Both the position numbers and the translations under genes were made by a program. A stretch of 32,000 nt of DNA from an uncultured Prolixibacteraceae bacterium (GTDB lineage: Bacteria; Bacteroidota; Bacteroidia; Bacteroidales; FEN-979). Shown one piece after another: positions 16,665 to 25,030 of this stretch. Where the stretch lies: NCBI GenBank assembly GCA_964429135.1, contig CAYSAU010000017.1, positions 23,538 to 55,537 on the forward strand, in the 5' to 3' direction. Numbering within the stretch: the first letter of the stretch is position 1; each line of letters begins with the position of its first letter. Below the pieces are notes generated by a model. It did not search any database. It saw only the letters and a program-made list of their open reading frames with translations, and had not been told where the DNA came from.

Positions 16665-19600
16665 TTAATCTACAAAATCTCTCGTTGCTGTTAATGTGGA
16701 ATATTGCTTCAATATAGCAAACAACTTCTCCTTTTGTATTGGTTTTGCCAGATAGCCATCGCAGCCGGCAGCCAGAAAGCGTTGTTCATCACCGGTTTGT
16801 GCATAAGCGGTAGTTGCGATAATGGGTAACTCAGGGCGGAACTCACGGATACGCGTAGTTGCTTCCAACCCGTTCATAACAGGCATTTTAATATCCATCA
16901 GCACCAGCGAAATATCGGAATATTGTTTGCATAAGGACACGGCTTCTTCACCATTTTTGGCCAGCAGGTAATCGCATCCGGCCAATCTCAAAACAACTTC
17001 CATGTAAAAATAATTTGATTCTTCATCTTCGGCTAAAAGTACCAGGGGTTTCCTTACCGGAGAAGTATTTTTCTTCCCGGCTGGAAGTGTTTTATCGGCA
17101 TGCTCCCTTACTACGTAAGGTACCGTAAAGGTGAAGGAGGAACCTTTGCCTTTTTCGGAAGTGGCTGAAATGGCGCCTCCAAGCAGTTTAACCAAACCAC
17201 TGGCAATGGAGAGCCCAAGCCCACTGCCTTCATGGCCGCGTTTATCGGATGGGTCTTCCTGGGTAAACATAGTAAAAATTTCATCCAGCATTTTTGGTGC
17301 TATCCCTCTACCGGTATCCTTTACATAAAATTCAACAAAGCCTTCATTAAGTTTGTATCCACAGCCTATACTTCCCCTTTCAGTAAATTTCAATGCATTG
17401 TCTAACAGCGCATGAAGTGTTTTACCGATCAATTCGGGATCAGAATCAAGGACTAAATCAGCGTCATGGTGATTATCAGTTTCAAACGATATGCTTTTAG
17501 ATGTGCATAATTGCATTACATCTTTTGTAATTTCTTCAAAGAATGGTTGTAAGAGGAACTCTTTTTTATGCACCTCCATGGTGCCAGAAAAAATCCGCGC
17601 CATGTCCATATAATCCCTCACGGTATTCATCAGGCGGTTACTCGATTGTTGCACCATTGCAAGCATTTTCTCTTTATCTTCCAGAGAAATGCCTTCATCC
17701 AACATTAATTTGCCAAACCCCAGTATTCCGTTAAGTGGTGTTCTGATTTCGTGTGAGATATTATTGATAAATGCTGTTTTCAGCTTGTCGCTTTCCTGGG
17801 CTTTTTCTTTGGCCGCGACCAATGCTTCGAGTGTCCTTTTTCTGTCGGTGATATCTTGCTTAATACTGACAAAGTTGGTGATAACTCCCTCACGATTTAC
17901 AATGGATGAGATAATCGCCTTTGCCCAGTACAATTCCCCGCTTTTCTTTTTATTTAAAAATTCACCCTCCCAGTTGTTGCCCGAAAGAATGGTATCCCAA
18001 ACCTCCTTGTAAAAGGCTTTGGAATGATGCCCTGATTTCAAAATATTGGTTTTTTTGCCTTTTACCTCGTCAAAGCAATAGCCTGTCAATTCTGTGAAAA
18101 ATGGATTGACATATTCAATAATGCCTTCTATGTTGGTTATCATTACCGAGATTGAACTTTGTTCAACGATCCTGGAAAGTTTAATCGCCTGTTCCTCTAA
18201 CTGTATATGTTCAGTGATGTCTCTTATACATGCTACCCTAAAATATTCACCATTATAAAATATGTCCTTGGCTTCAATTTCGGCATCGAAAGTAGAGCCA
18301 TCTTTTCGTATTACCTTTATTTGATAGGGTGTTGCAACTTTTTTTGAAAGATTAGCTTTCACGATTGCATGCGAAACAGGATGAATCAGGTTGAATAAAT
18401 GCATCCCTGTCAATTCATCTCTTTCGTAACCAAGCATTTTTACTGCGCTTTGATTGACATCAATGGTGATGGCATTATTGTGGATAATAATTCCTTCAAA
18501 GGTAAAAGATGCCAGCTTCTTGAATCTGTCCTCGCTTTCTTTTAATTTTTCTTCCGTCTTCTGTTTTTTGATGATAATGGAAGCTTGTTGAATAAATGCT
18601 TCGATCAGTTCGGTGTTGATGGGTTCGGATTTTGTATTTGTGGTGAAAGTGACATTGCCGATAATTTGCGTGTCTTGTTGAAAAGCAATGCTATACATCT
18701 TTTCGATAGAGAACATCTTTTTGACAGTATTGCCGATGGCGGCCGAGAGTCTGTCATTGAAAAGACCCGGAAAGTCAAATTCCATTTCTTCTAATCTGCC
18801 GCTGGTAATCTTTTCATAATATTTGGTTGAAATTTCTCCTTCCAGCTTGTTGATGTCAAATCCGAGAAGCCTGGAAAGTTCAGCCGTTTTTTTGCCAATA
18901 CCCTCTGTATGCTTTATTTTCCATCGGTTTTGACTAGGATCATATTCCAACAGAGCAACGATTGAATGGCCTTCAAATAATTCGTAGAGTTTATGAACCG
19001 TATAGGTGTAGATTTCCTGAATGGAAGTTAACTCAACCATTTCGAATGCAGTTTGAGCCAGAAAAGCTTTATGTTTCTCACTTAGTCGCAGCGCTTCCTC
19101 AGCCTGCTTGCGTTGGGTGATGTCGGAGAATACCGTGGAGAAAAAACCCCTTTGCGGACATCCTGCAGTGACATGGAGATATTTATCCAAAGGTGGAAAG
19201 TAAGCTTCAAATTCTGCTGGTTCGCCAGTTTCGGCAACTTGAGCATAGGTTTCAAGAAAGGGTATCTTTTTTGTTCCATATAGCTCTGACGCTTTTATCC
19301 CGATCACTTCTCCACGATTTTTTCCGATAATTCTATTGTAAGCAGGATTCATATCCAAAATGATGTAATCAACAGCTTTCCCGTTTTCGTAAATAATCTC
19401 ATCCAGACAACTGGCAGAAGCCATGTTCTCAAACATTGACTTGAATTGAGATTCACTTTTTCTGAGCGACTCTGATGTTTTTTGATAATCCGCTTTTACT
19501 CTTGCTTCCTCCAGCGCCCGCTTTACGGCTATGGGAAGCCTTTCGTGCCTGTCTTTTAATACATAGTCCACTGCACCCAGCTTAAGCAATTCAACGGCAG

Positions 19601-19895
19601 TTTCTTCGCCAATGGTTCCTGAAACGCAGATAAACGGTGTCTCGGGACAAAGCTCCCTGCATATTTCCAAGGCTCCGAAAGCATCAAATCCCGGGAGTTT
19701 GAAATCAGCCAGGATGAGATCGAAGCTGGTTTCGCGCAGCAAGGCAGTGAAGCCTTCTTCATTCTCAACATGGGTCAGATCCAGTCGATAACCTGCAGTT
19801 AATAACTGTTCGCGCATTAACTCCATGTCCCTGAGTGAATCCTCCAGAACAAGAACCTTAAGTTCTTTGCTTTCGGTCTCTGTTTTTACCTTCAT
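16665..19895 (-). CDS. Hybrid sensor histidine kinase with receiver domains at both termini and multiple PAS domains
   Basis: 1076 aa. The N-terminal REC is VLVLEDS...LILADFKLPG. Several PAS/PAC-like repeats follow (for example GEYFRVACIRDITE and WAKAIISSIVNREGVITNFVSIKQDITDRK). The HisKA H-box is NISHEIRTPLNG. HATPase_c has G-boxes (DTGRGI, GSGLGLSI). The C-terminal REC is VLLAEDE...VLMDIKMPVMNG...TAYA. No TM segment is visible. Confidence 0.9.
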   Translation of the reverse strand: MKVKTETESKELKVLVLEDSLRDMELMREQLLTAGYRLDLTHVENEEGFTALLRETSFDLILADFKLPGFDAFGALEICRELCPETPFICVSGTIGEETAVELLKLGAVDYVLKDRHERLPIAVKRALEEARVKADYQKTSESLRKSESQFKSMFENMASASCLDEIIYENGKAVDYIILDMNPAYNRIIGKNRGEVIGIKASELYGTKKIPFLETYAQVAETGEPAEFEAYFPPLDKYLHVTAGCPQRGFFSTVFSDITQRKQAEEALRLSEKHKAFLAQTAFEMVELTSIQEIYTYTVHKLYELFEGHSIVALLEYDPSQNRWKIKHTEGIGKKTAELSRLLGFDINKLEGEISTKYYEKITSGRLEEMEFDFPGLFNDRLSAAIGNTVKKMFSIEKMYSIAFQQDTQIIGNVTFTTNTKSEPINTELIEAFIQQASIIIKKQKTEEKLKESEDRFKKLASFTFEGIIIHNNAITIDVNQSAVKMLGYERDELTGMHLFNLIHPVSHAIVKANLSKKVATPYQIKVIRKDGSTFDAEIEAKDIFYNGEYFRVACIRDITEHIQLEEQAIKLSRIVEQSSISVMITNIEGIIEYVNPFFTELTGYCFDEVKGKKTNILKSGHHSKAFYKEVWDTILSGNNWEGEFLNKKKSGELYWAKAIISSIVNREGVITNFVSIKQDITDRKRTLEALVAAKEKAQESDKLKTAFINNISHEIRTPLNGILGFGKLMLDEGISLEDKEKMLAMVQQSSNRLMNTVRDYMDMARIFSGTMEVHKKEFLLQPFFEEITKDVMQLCTSKSISFETDNHHDADLVLDSDPELIGKTLHALLDNALKFTERGSIGCGYKLNEGFVEFYVKDTGRGIAPKMLDEIFTMFTQEDPSDKRGHEGSGLGLSIASGLVKLLGGAISATSEKGKGSSFTFTVPYVVREHADKTLPAGKKNTSPVRKPLVLLAEDEESNYFYMEVVLRLAGCDYLLAKNGEEAVSLCKQYSDISLVLMDIKMPVMNGLEATTRIREFRPELPIIATTAYAQTGDEQRFLAAGCDGYLAKPIQKEKLFAILKQYSTLTATRDFVD

Positions 19896-19898
19896 CGT

Positions 19899-20345
19899 TT
19901 ATTCCATTGAGGGTTTTTCATTCAGCATGGCCCAGAACACGCCGATGTGTTTTACCGCTTCAAGAAAATCCTTGAAGTTTACCGGTTTCACCACATAGGC
20001 ATTGACACCCAGGGCATAGCATTTTTTCAGGTCGGATTCTTCGCGAGAAGCTGTAAGCATGACTATTGGAAGCATTTTTAATTTTTCATCGCGCCGGATG
20101 GCTTCCAGCGTTTCAATGCCATCCATACGAGGCATTTTAATATCCAGCAGCAGCACAACTGGGTTCCCCTTTTTACGGGTTTTGAACCGGCCTTCATAAT
20201 TCAGGTATTCCATTACTTCCACACCGTCGTTAGCCACAACCACCTGGTTCGCGAGCTTATGTTCCTTTAATGCTTCAAGGGTCAGTTCCACGTCCTGAGG
20301 ATTGTCTTCGGCTAGCAATATTGTTTTTAATTCATTCATGATCAT
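19899..20345 (-). CDS. Stand-alone receiver-domain response regulator
   Basis: ILLAEDNPQDVEL...LLLDIKMPRMDG...MLTAS...KP are the REC hallmarks, and there is no output domain. The start ATG overlaps the upstream kinase stop (TAATG). The stop lies 3 nt before the hybrid kinase start. Confidence 0.9.
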   Translation of the reverse strand: MIMNELKTILLAEDNPQDVELTLEALKEHKLANQVVVANDGVEVMEYLNYEGRFKTRKKGNPVVLLLDIKMPRMDGIETLEAIRRDEKLKMLPIVMLTASREESDLKKCYALGVNAYVVKPVNFKDFLEAVKHIGVFWAMLNEKPSME

Positions 20346-22375
20346 TACCCTTTGTTTTTTGGTAAACTGAAAAAGAATGTTGCCCCTTGACCGGGTTCTG
20401 CTTCGGCCCAAACCCGTCCTTTATGCTTATGAATAATGCGTTGTACATTGGCAAGTCCTATGCCTGTGCCTTCAAATTCGGCCACGGAATGTAGCCGTTG
20501 AAAAACGCCAAACAATTTGTGTGCATATTTCATATTAAAACCCACCCCGTTATCACGAACGAAAAATACGAAATTTTTCTCTTCCTCTTTGAAGCCAATG
20601 GATATTTCTGCCTTTTTGATAAACCGGGTAAATTTAACGGCATTCTCAAGCAAATTCACCCAAACCTGTTTCAGCAGGGAATAATCTCCCGAAACATGTG
20701 GCAATTCCTGTACTTCCCAGCGAATCTCTCTTTTTTCTGTATCTTGTTTTAAAGTTTCAACTACCTCCCTTACCAGCCTGTTCATTTCTATTTTGGTTTT
20801 TTGGACCTCCTGGCGGCCGGTTCTTGAGAACTTCAACAAATCATCGATGAGTGTTCCCATTTGTCCGGCAGCATCTGTTATAGTTGTCAGATAATATTGC
20901 GCTTTTTCGGGCAGGTCGGCGCTGAATTTATCAATCAGCAAATTTACGTATCCATTAATGTGGCGCAAGGGCGCCCGCAGATCATGGGAAACCGAATAAG
21001 TAAAAGCTTCAAGTTCCTTGATTGTTGCATCGAGTTGGGCAGTGCGGTCAATGACACGCTGTTCCAGTTGCTCGTTCAGTTTCTGGATCTCTTTCTCCGT
21101 GGTTTTGCGCTTGGTGATATCAGTCATAATATGCACAGCGCCAACTAATTCCTGGTTTTCGTCAAGAATCGGGTCCACCACCACTTCAAACACCGATTCG
21201 CCAAGAGCCAGTTCCATCAACTCTCTGTTTTTACTTATTCTTGTTCGCACGAATGGGCAATTTTCTATCGGATTTTCAGTACCGTGGATTAAATGAAAGC
21301 ACTGTTTTCCAAATGGATTACTTGAACCGCGCTCAATAATTTTTTGAAAAGCTTTATTCTGCTGAACTACCTTTTGATCACTATCGAGAATTGCAATCCC
21401 ATCTTGAATGGAATCAAAAGTTTTGCTCCAATGACGGGAGGCTTGCTGAATCTTTTGCTCGGCTTGCTTTTGTTCGGTGATATCTCTAAATTCAACAGTT
21501 CTGACAGTTTTTCCTTTATATGGGATATTTCTTGCTTCCAGTCTAATCGGATACAATTCTCCATTTTTGCGTAAACCAACGGCTTCATAAGGTTTTTCGT
21601 AGCCAGACAAAATATTATTCATAACCTTATCCCTTGTTTCCGGAGCGATAAGCAATAAACCGTCCATCCCAATCAGTTCATCGTAAGAATAGCCTGTTAT
21701 TTTCGAAAGTCCCTGATTGCACTCTAAAATAAGCCCTTTATCATGAATGGTAATACCGCCAAAAGAGGCATCATGCAAAGCTTTAAAGCGTTCTTCACTT
21801 TCGCGAAGCACCTGCTCCACCTGTTTAAGCTCCTTATTTGTTGCCTGATGTTTTTCATTGTCGCGGGATAATTTTTGAATGATATCGGCATCTCTGTAAT
21901 TTTCTGTCAACCCCAAAGAAAAAATCAACGCCAGATCCAGTTCAATCACTTTTTTGAATTGCAGCAATAACATTTCGTCCTCAGCACTAAATGGTCTTTC
22001 TTTATTGTCAAGCACACATATAGTCCCAAAAGGTGTTTGATCCGGGAAATTTATCGGATAACCGAGGTAAGCTATCATCCCGAGTTTTATATCGGGATTC
22101 TTCTCCCAATACTTATTTTTCAAGGCATTGGGAATGCGAAGCTTTTTTTGCGTTTTGATCACCGTTTCGCAATACAATCCATACCAATGATCTTTGTCGC
22201 CAACTTTATATGGATTATTTTCCGTTTCACTTGAAGTGAAAACTTCCATATATTCATTTTCGGTTTTCATGATCAAAGCTGCGGGAACATGCATAATACC
22301 TGCAATTAAGTTCGCTATTTCCTGCCACTTTTTTAAAAAACCACGAGGTATCTTCTCAAATGAATTTTCCTGCAT
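20345..22375 (-). CDS. Cytoplasmic sensor histidine kinase (GAF - PAS - PAS - HisKA - HATPase_c)
   Basis: 676 aa with no TM segment. There is an N-terminal GAF-like domain (GYPINFPDQTPFGTICVLDNKERPF) and two PAS domains (GGITIHDKGLILECN...; IAILDSDQKVVQQN...). The H-box is SVSHDLRAPLRHINGY. The ATPase G-boxes are DNGVGF and GTGIGLANV. Confidence 0.9.
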   Translation of the reverse strand: MQENSFEKIPRGFLKKWQEIANLIAGIMHVPAALIMKTENEYMEVFTSSETENNPYKVGDKDHWYGLYCETVIKTQKKLRIPNALKNKYWEKNPDIKLGMIAYLGYPINFPDQTPFGTICVLDNKERPFSAEDEMLLLQFKKVIELDLALIFSLGLTENYRDADIIQKLSRDNEKHQATNKELKQVEQVLRESEERFKALHDASFGGITIHDKGLILECNQGLSKITGYSYDELIGMDGLLLIAPETRDKVMNNILSGYEKPYEAVGLRKNGELYPIRLEARNIPYKGKTVRTVEFRDITEQKQAEQKIQQASRHWSKTFDSIQDGIAILDSDQKVVQQNKAFQKIIERGSSNPFGKQCFHLIHGTENPIENCPFVRTRISKNRELMELALGESVFEVVVDPILDENQELVGAVHIMTDITKRKTTEKEIQKLNEQLEQRVIDRTAQLDATIKELEAFTYSVSHDLRAPLRHINGYVNLLIDKFSADLPEKAQYYLTTITDAAGQMGTLIDDLLKFSRTGRQEVQKTKIEMNRLVREVVETLKQDTEKREIRWEVQELPHVSGDYSLLKQVWVNLLENAVKFTRFIKKAEISIGFKEEEKNFVFFVRDNGVGFNMKYAHKLFGVFQRLHSVAEFEGTGIGLANVQRIIHKHKGRVWAEAEPGQGATFFFSLPKNKG

Positions 22376-22411
22376 ATTATTTCCCCTTTTTATAACGGAT
22401 CATTGAATCTT

Positions 22412-22419
22412 CAAAAATA
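22412..22419 (-). promoter_or_regulatory. Possible -7 box for the phosphorelay operon
   Basis: CAAAAATA on the plus strand is the reverse complement of TAnnTTTG. It lies 36 nt upstream of the minus-strand ATG at 22375. Confidence 0.3.
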
Positions 22420-22436
22420 AAAATTTAAATATAATC

Positions 22437-23183
22437 CTATTCCTGCGTTTTCTTCTTCAGGAAAGGGTAGAGGATACTGTACCCGTAGCCCAGTACAAGC
22501 ATCCCCATGCCCCACCAGAATGCCAGCGGAGAATCAAACCACCATAGCAGCGCAAAGATGACAATAAGCAGGATCATCGGTATCATCACAACTGGTTTTT
22601 TAGTAGGAGCCGGATAATGAATCCCTGAAACCTGAAGAATGATGGCTGCCGCCACGCTTAGAAATAACACCCCCTGTTCCCAGGCAGGCAAAGTCAACTC
22701 TTCGTCGGGAAGGAGAAGAAAAATCCACATCGCCACGAATCCGGCAATCAGCGTAACCGGTAAACCGGTATATCCTTTAAGTCCGCGTACCGTATCCATC
22801 ACCCGGAATTTCGATAACCGCATCGCACCGGAAGCGACCATCAATGTGGGGAAGAGGGACCTGACTGCCAGTGCCTGTCCGGGAAGTGTAACCGTAAACA
22901 CCAACACTGCCGGAGCGACCGAAAAAGAGAGGAAGTCGACGAAGGTATCGAGTTCGGCTCCAAATGCGCTGGTACCTCGCACCCAACGTGCTACCGCCCC
23001 ATCTAAGGAATCAAAAATCCAGGCCAGGAAGATGAGCAGACAACCCATAGCAACCGGTTCTCGCTCGTCATTAACCATTCCATGAAAAACGAAGATTATG
23101 CTTAGAAAACCGGAGAACAGCGCAAGTATGGTAATGCTGCAGGGAAGCCATTGCCTCCACCCGGAAATGGGGAAGATGTTCAT
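22437..23183 (-). CDS. pssA: CDP-diacylglycerol-serine O-phosphatidyltransferase (CDP-alcohol phosphatidyltransferase family)
   Basis: Signature D-x2-D-G-x2-A-R-x8-G-x3-D-x3-D is present in FDSLDGAVARWVRGTSAFGAELDTFVDF. The protein is polytopic, 248 aa. Confidence 0.8.
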   Translation of the reverse strand: MNIFPISGWRQWLPCSITILALFSGFLSIIFVFHGMVNDEREPVAMGCLLIFLAWIFDSLDGAVARWVRGTSAFGAELDTFVDFLSFSVAPAVLVFTVTLPGQALAVRSLFPTLMVASGAMRLSKFRVMDTVRGLKGYTGLPVTLIAGFVAMWIFLLLPDEELTLPAWEQGVLFLSVAAAIILQVSGIHYPAPTKKPVVMIPMILLIVIFALLWWFDSPLAFWWGMGMLVLGYGYSILYPFLKKKTQE

Positions 23184-23218
23184 CTGTAACTTGTTTATCT
23201 GTTGAAATTATATATATG

Positions 23219-23959
23219 TTATGCCAATCTTACTGTCATCAATTCAGCAACAGGCGTAACCCCAGCGGTGACCCATTCGCCCGGTTTGACCAGCATTCTT
23301 ACCTGCGGTTCGGGGAGGTAAAGGTCAAGGCGGGACCCGAATTTCATCATGCCGATACGTTCACCCTGCTTCACGGGAACGGAACGGGTTGTATCAGGCC
23401 AATATACCACTCGTCGCGCGATCGGACCCACGATCTGAAAAACCAGGCATCCAGTATATTTGTTTACGATACGGATCGCGTTATGCTGGTTCACAGCCGA
23501 AGATTTTTCTTTGATCGTCAACAGATGTTTCCCAGGGTAATAGCCCAGGAATTCAGATTCTCCACCGATTGGAGCCCGGTTCACATGGACATCCATCAGG
23601 CTCAGAAACACACTAATCCTAACCACCGGTACATTGGAAAATTCTTCCAGTTTGTCCACAGTGGTCATTTTCAGGCCGGAATCCAGACAGATTTTCCTGA
23701 ATTCAGCGGCTGAAAAACAGTTAATGCTGGTGACCTTCCCGTCTGCAGCCGATAAAATCAGGCGTTCATCCTCCTGAACATCCCGGTCTGGATCACGGAA
23801 AAACCAGATCAGGTAAGCCGTCAGGACTGTCAGAACCGGGATCATGACGACAAGCATTAGTTTGGATGATATCCCGGAGAAGGTCACGCTTGTTGCAATG
23901 ACTGCTCCTGTCAACCAGACTGCTACAAGATGCGATATGACCTCTTTTCGGATTTTCAT
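23219..23959 (-). CDS. psd: Phosphatidylserine decarboxylase proenzyme (short type)
   Basis: 246 aa with N-terminal TM helices. The self-cleavage region is GERIGMMKFGSRLDLYLP (G-S motif). It starts 1 nt after the CPBP-1 stop and ends 35 nt before pssA. Confidence 0.8.
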   Translation of the reverse strand: MKIRKEVISHLVAVWLTGAVIATSVTFSGISSKLMLVVMIPVLTVLTAYLIWFFRDPDRDVQEDERLILSAADGKVTSINCFSAAEFRKICLDSGLKMTTVDKLEEFSNVPVVRISVFLSLMDVHVNRAPIGGESEFLGYYPGKHLLTIKEKSSAVNQHNAIRIVNKYTGCLVFQIVGPIARRVVYWPDTTRSVPVKQGERIGMMKFGSRLDLYLPEPQVRMLVKPGEWVTAGVTPVAELMTVRLA

Positions 23960-23960
23960 C

Positions 23961-24863
23961 TTAAAAAGCTATTATTTCCCAGAAACCCAGTAGGATAAAC
24001 GCCAATCCCATCAGAAGATGGCAGATCACTACCCCAATCAGGTTATGATGTCTGGCATACAGCCATCCCCATAAAAGGCTGATTGAAAATGTCATCAGGG
24101 CAAAAGGGAGCGAATAGACCGTATGGATCGCACCAAAGATCAGAGAGACAGCAACTACTGACCAGAAAACTTTCCCTTTTCCCAACAGTATTAGTTCGGT
24201 AGAGCTCTGAATCACCCCTCTGATCAGAAACTCCTGTAGCGGAGCGCTGATGATGTAAGTGTAAAGAAACAAGGTACTCAGCTCCTCGAAGGCAATCAGC
24301 GATTTTCCCTTTAGCAATGTTTCGGAATGTATCATCACGATCTTGAGAACCACCAAACCGGCAACAATCACTCCGGAGGCAAGCAACGCCTCTGTAACCG
24401 ATTTTCTCCAGTTATTCAGGGTAACTCCATAGGCCGAAAGAGGAAAACCACTTTTACGTATCAGGAGGACCATCAGTACCACTTGGCTTAGCACGAAAAA
24501 TAACCCAAACCAACGTATCAAAACTGGTTTGGAAGCATCGAACAAACCAGGCTGATAGAAAAATGCAAGTAAAAAAATGTAAATACTGACTCCGATCGCG
24601 AACCAAAGGAGAAGACTCGAAGCAACCGTTCGTAATTTGAGGGACTCTGCCAGCTCCTCATTTTTTTGTTGCAGGGCAAACTCCCGTGCTTCCACCTTAA
24701 CCGACATCATGCCAAAGACCTCTGCCAGCTCGGCAACTTCCGGTGGGTTCCTGGTTTCGTCAGTATACTGTAATAAATCATCCACATTCTGGTAAGAACC
24801 CTGGGTGATCTTGCGGGCATGTTCAGTGATGGAGTGGATTGCTTCTTTTGTTTCTTCTGCCAT
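23961..24863 (-). CDS. CPBP (CAAX/Abi) family intramembrane protease homolog with an N-terminal HAMP-like cytoplasmic domain (paralog 1)
   Basis: 300 aa. The first ~75 aa are soluble (ITEHARKITQGSYQNVDDLL...PEVAELAEVFGMMSVKVEAREFAL). About seven TM helices follow, carrying CPBP motifs: SAPLQEFLIRG (QExxxR instead of EExxxR), IFGAIH (FxxxH) and a distal His in VICHLLMG. Confidence 0.8.
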   Translation of the reverse strand: MAEETKEAIHSITEHARKITQGSYQNVDDLLQYTDETRNPPEVAELAEVFGMMSVKVEAREFALQQKNEELAESLKLRTVASSLLLWFAIGVSIYIFLLAFFYQPGLFDASKPVLIRWFGLFFVLSQVVLMVLLIRKSGFPLSAYGVTLNNWRKSVTEALLASGVIVAGLVVLKIVMIHSETLLKGKSLIAFEELSTLFLYTYIISAPLQEFLIRGVIQSSTELILLGKGKVFWSVVAVSLIFGAIHTVYSLPFALMTFSISLLWGWLYARHHNLIGVVICHLLMGLAFILLGFWEIIAF

Positions 24864-24888
24864 GGTCTATATGGGGTACTGCATTGCC

Positions 24889-24896
24889 CAAAAATA
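24889..24896 (-). promoter_or_regulatory. Possible -7 box for the CPBP-1/psd/pssA operon
   Basis: CAAAAATA on the plus strand is the reverse complement of TAnnTTTG. It lies 25 nt upstream of the minus-strand ATG at 24863. Confidence 0.3.
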
Positions 24897-25030
24897 CAAA
24901 AACGATTTCATTTAATTGGCATATTGATGAGAGAGATCAGACTGATTACACCGATTTTACCCGAGGTTATCCTTAGTACCAGTGTCATTCGTGTTCTATT
25001 CTCAAATTGTAATAGAATTTGTCCCTAACG

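Noticed and set aside
22639-23713. Plus-strand ORFs 22639..23085 and 23216..23713, opposite pssA and psd
   Set aside because: These are shadow ORFs. The minus-strand products carry the CDP-alcohol phosphatidyltransferase signature and the Psd G-S cleavage region.
24994-25017. AT-rich 7-bp hairpin (TTCTATT...AATAGAA) downstream of the DhaL-DegV gene as a terminator
   Set aside because: The stem is short and weak, and no U-tract follows on the transcribed (minus) strand.
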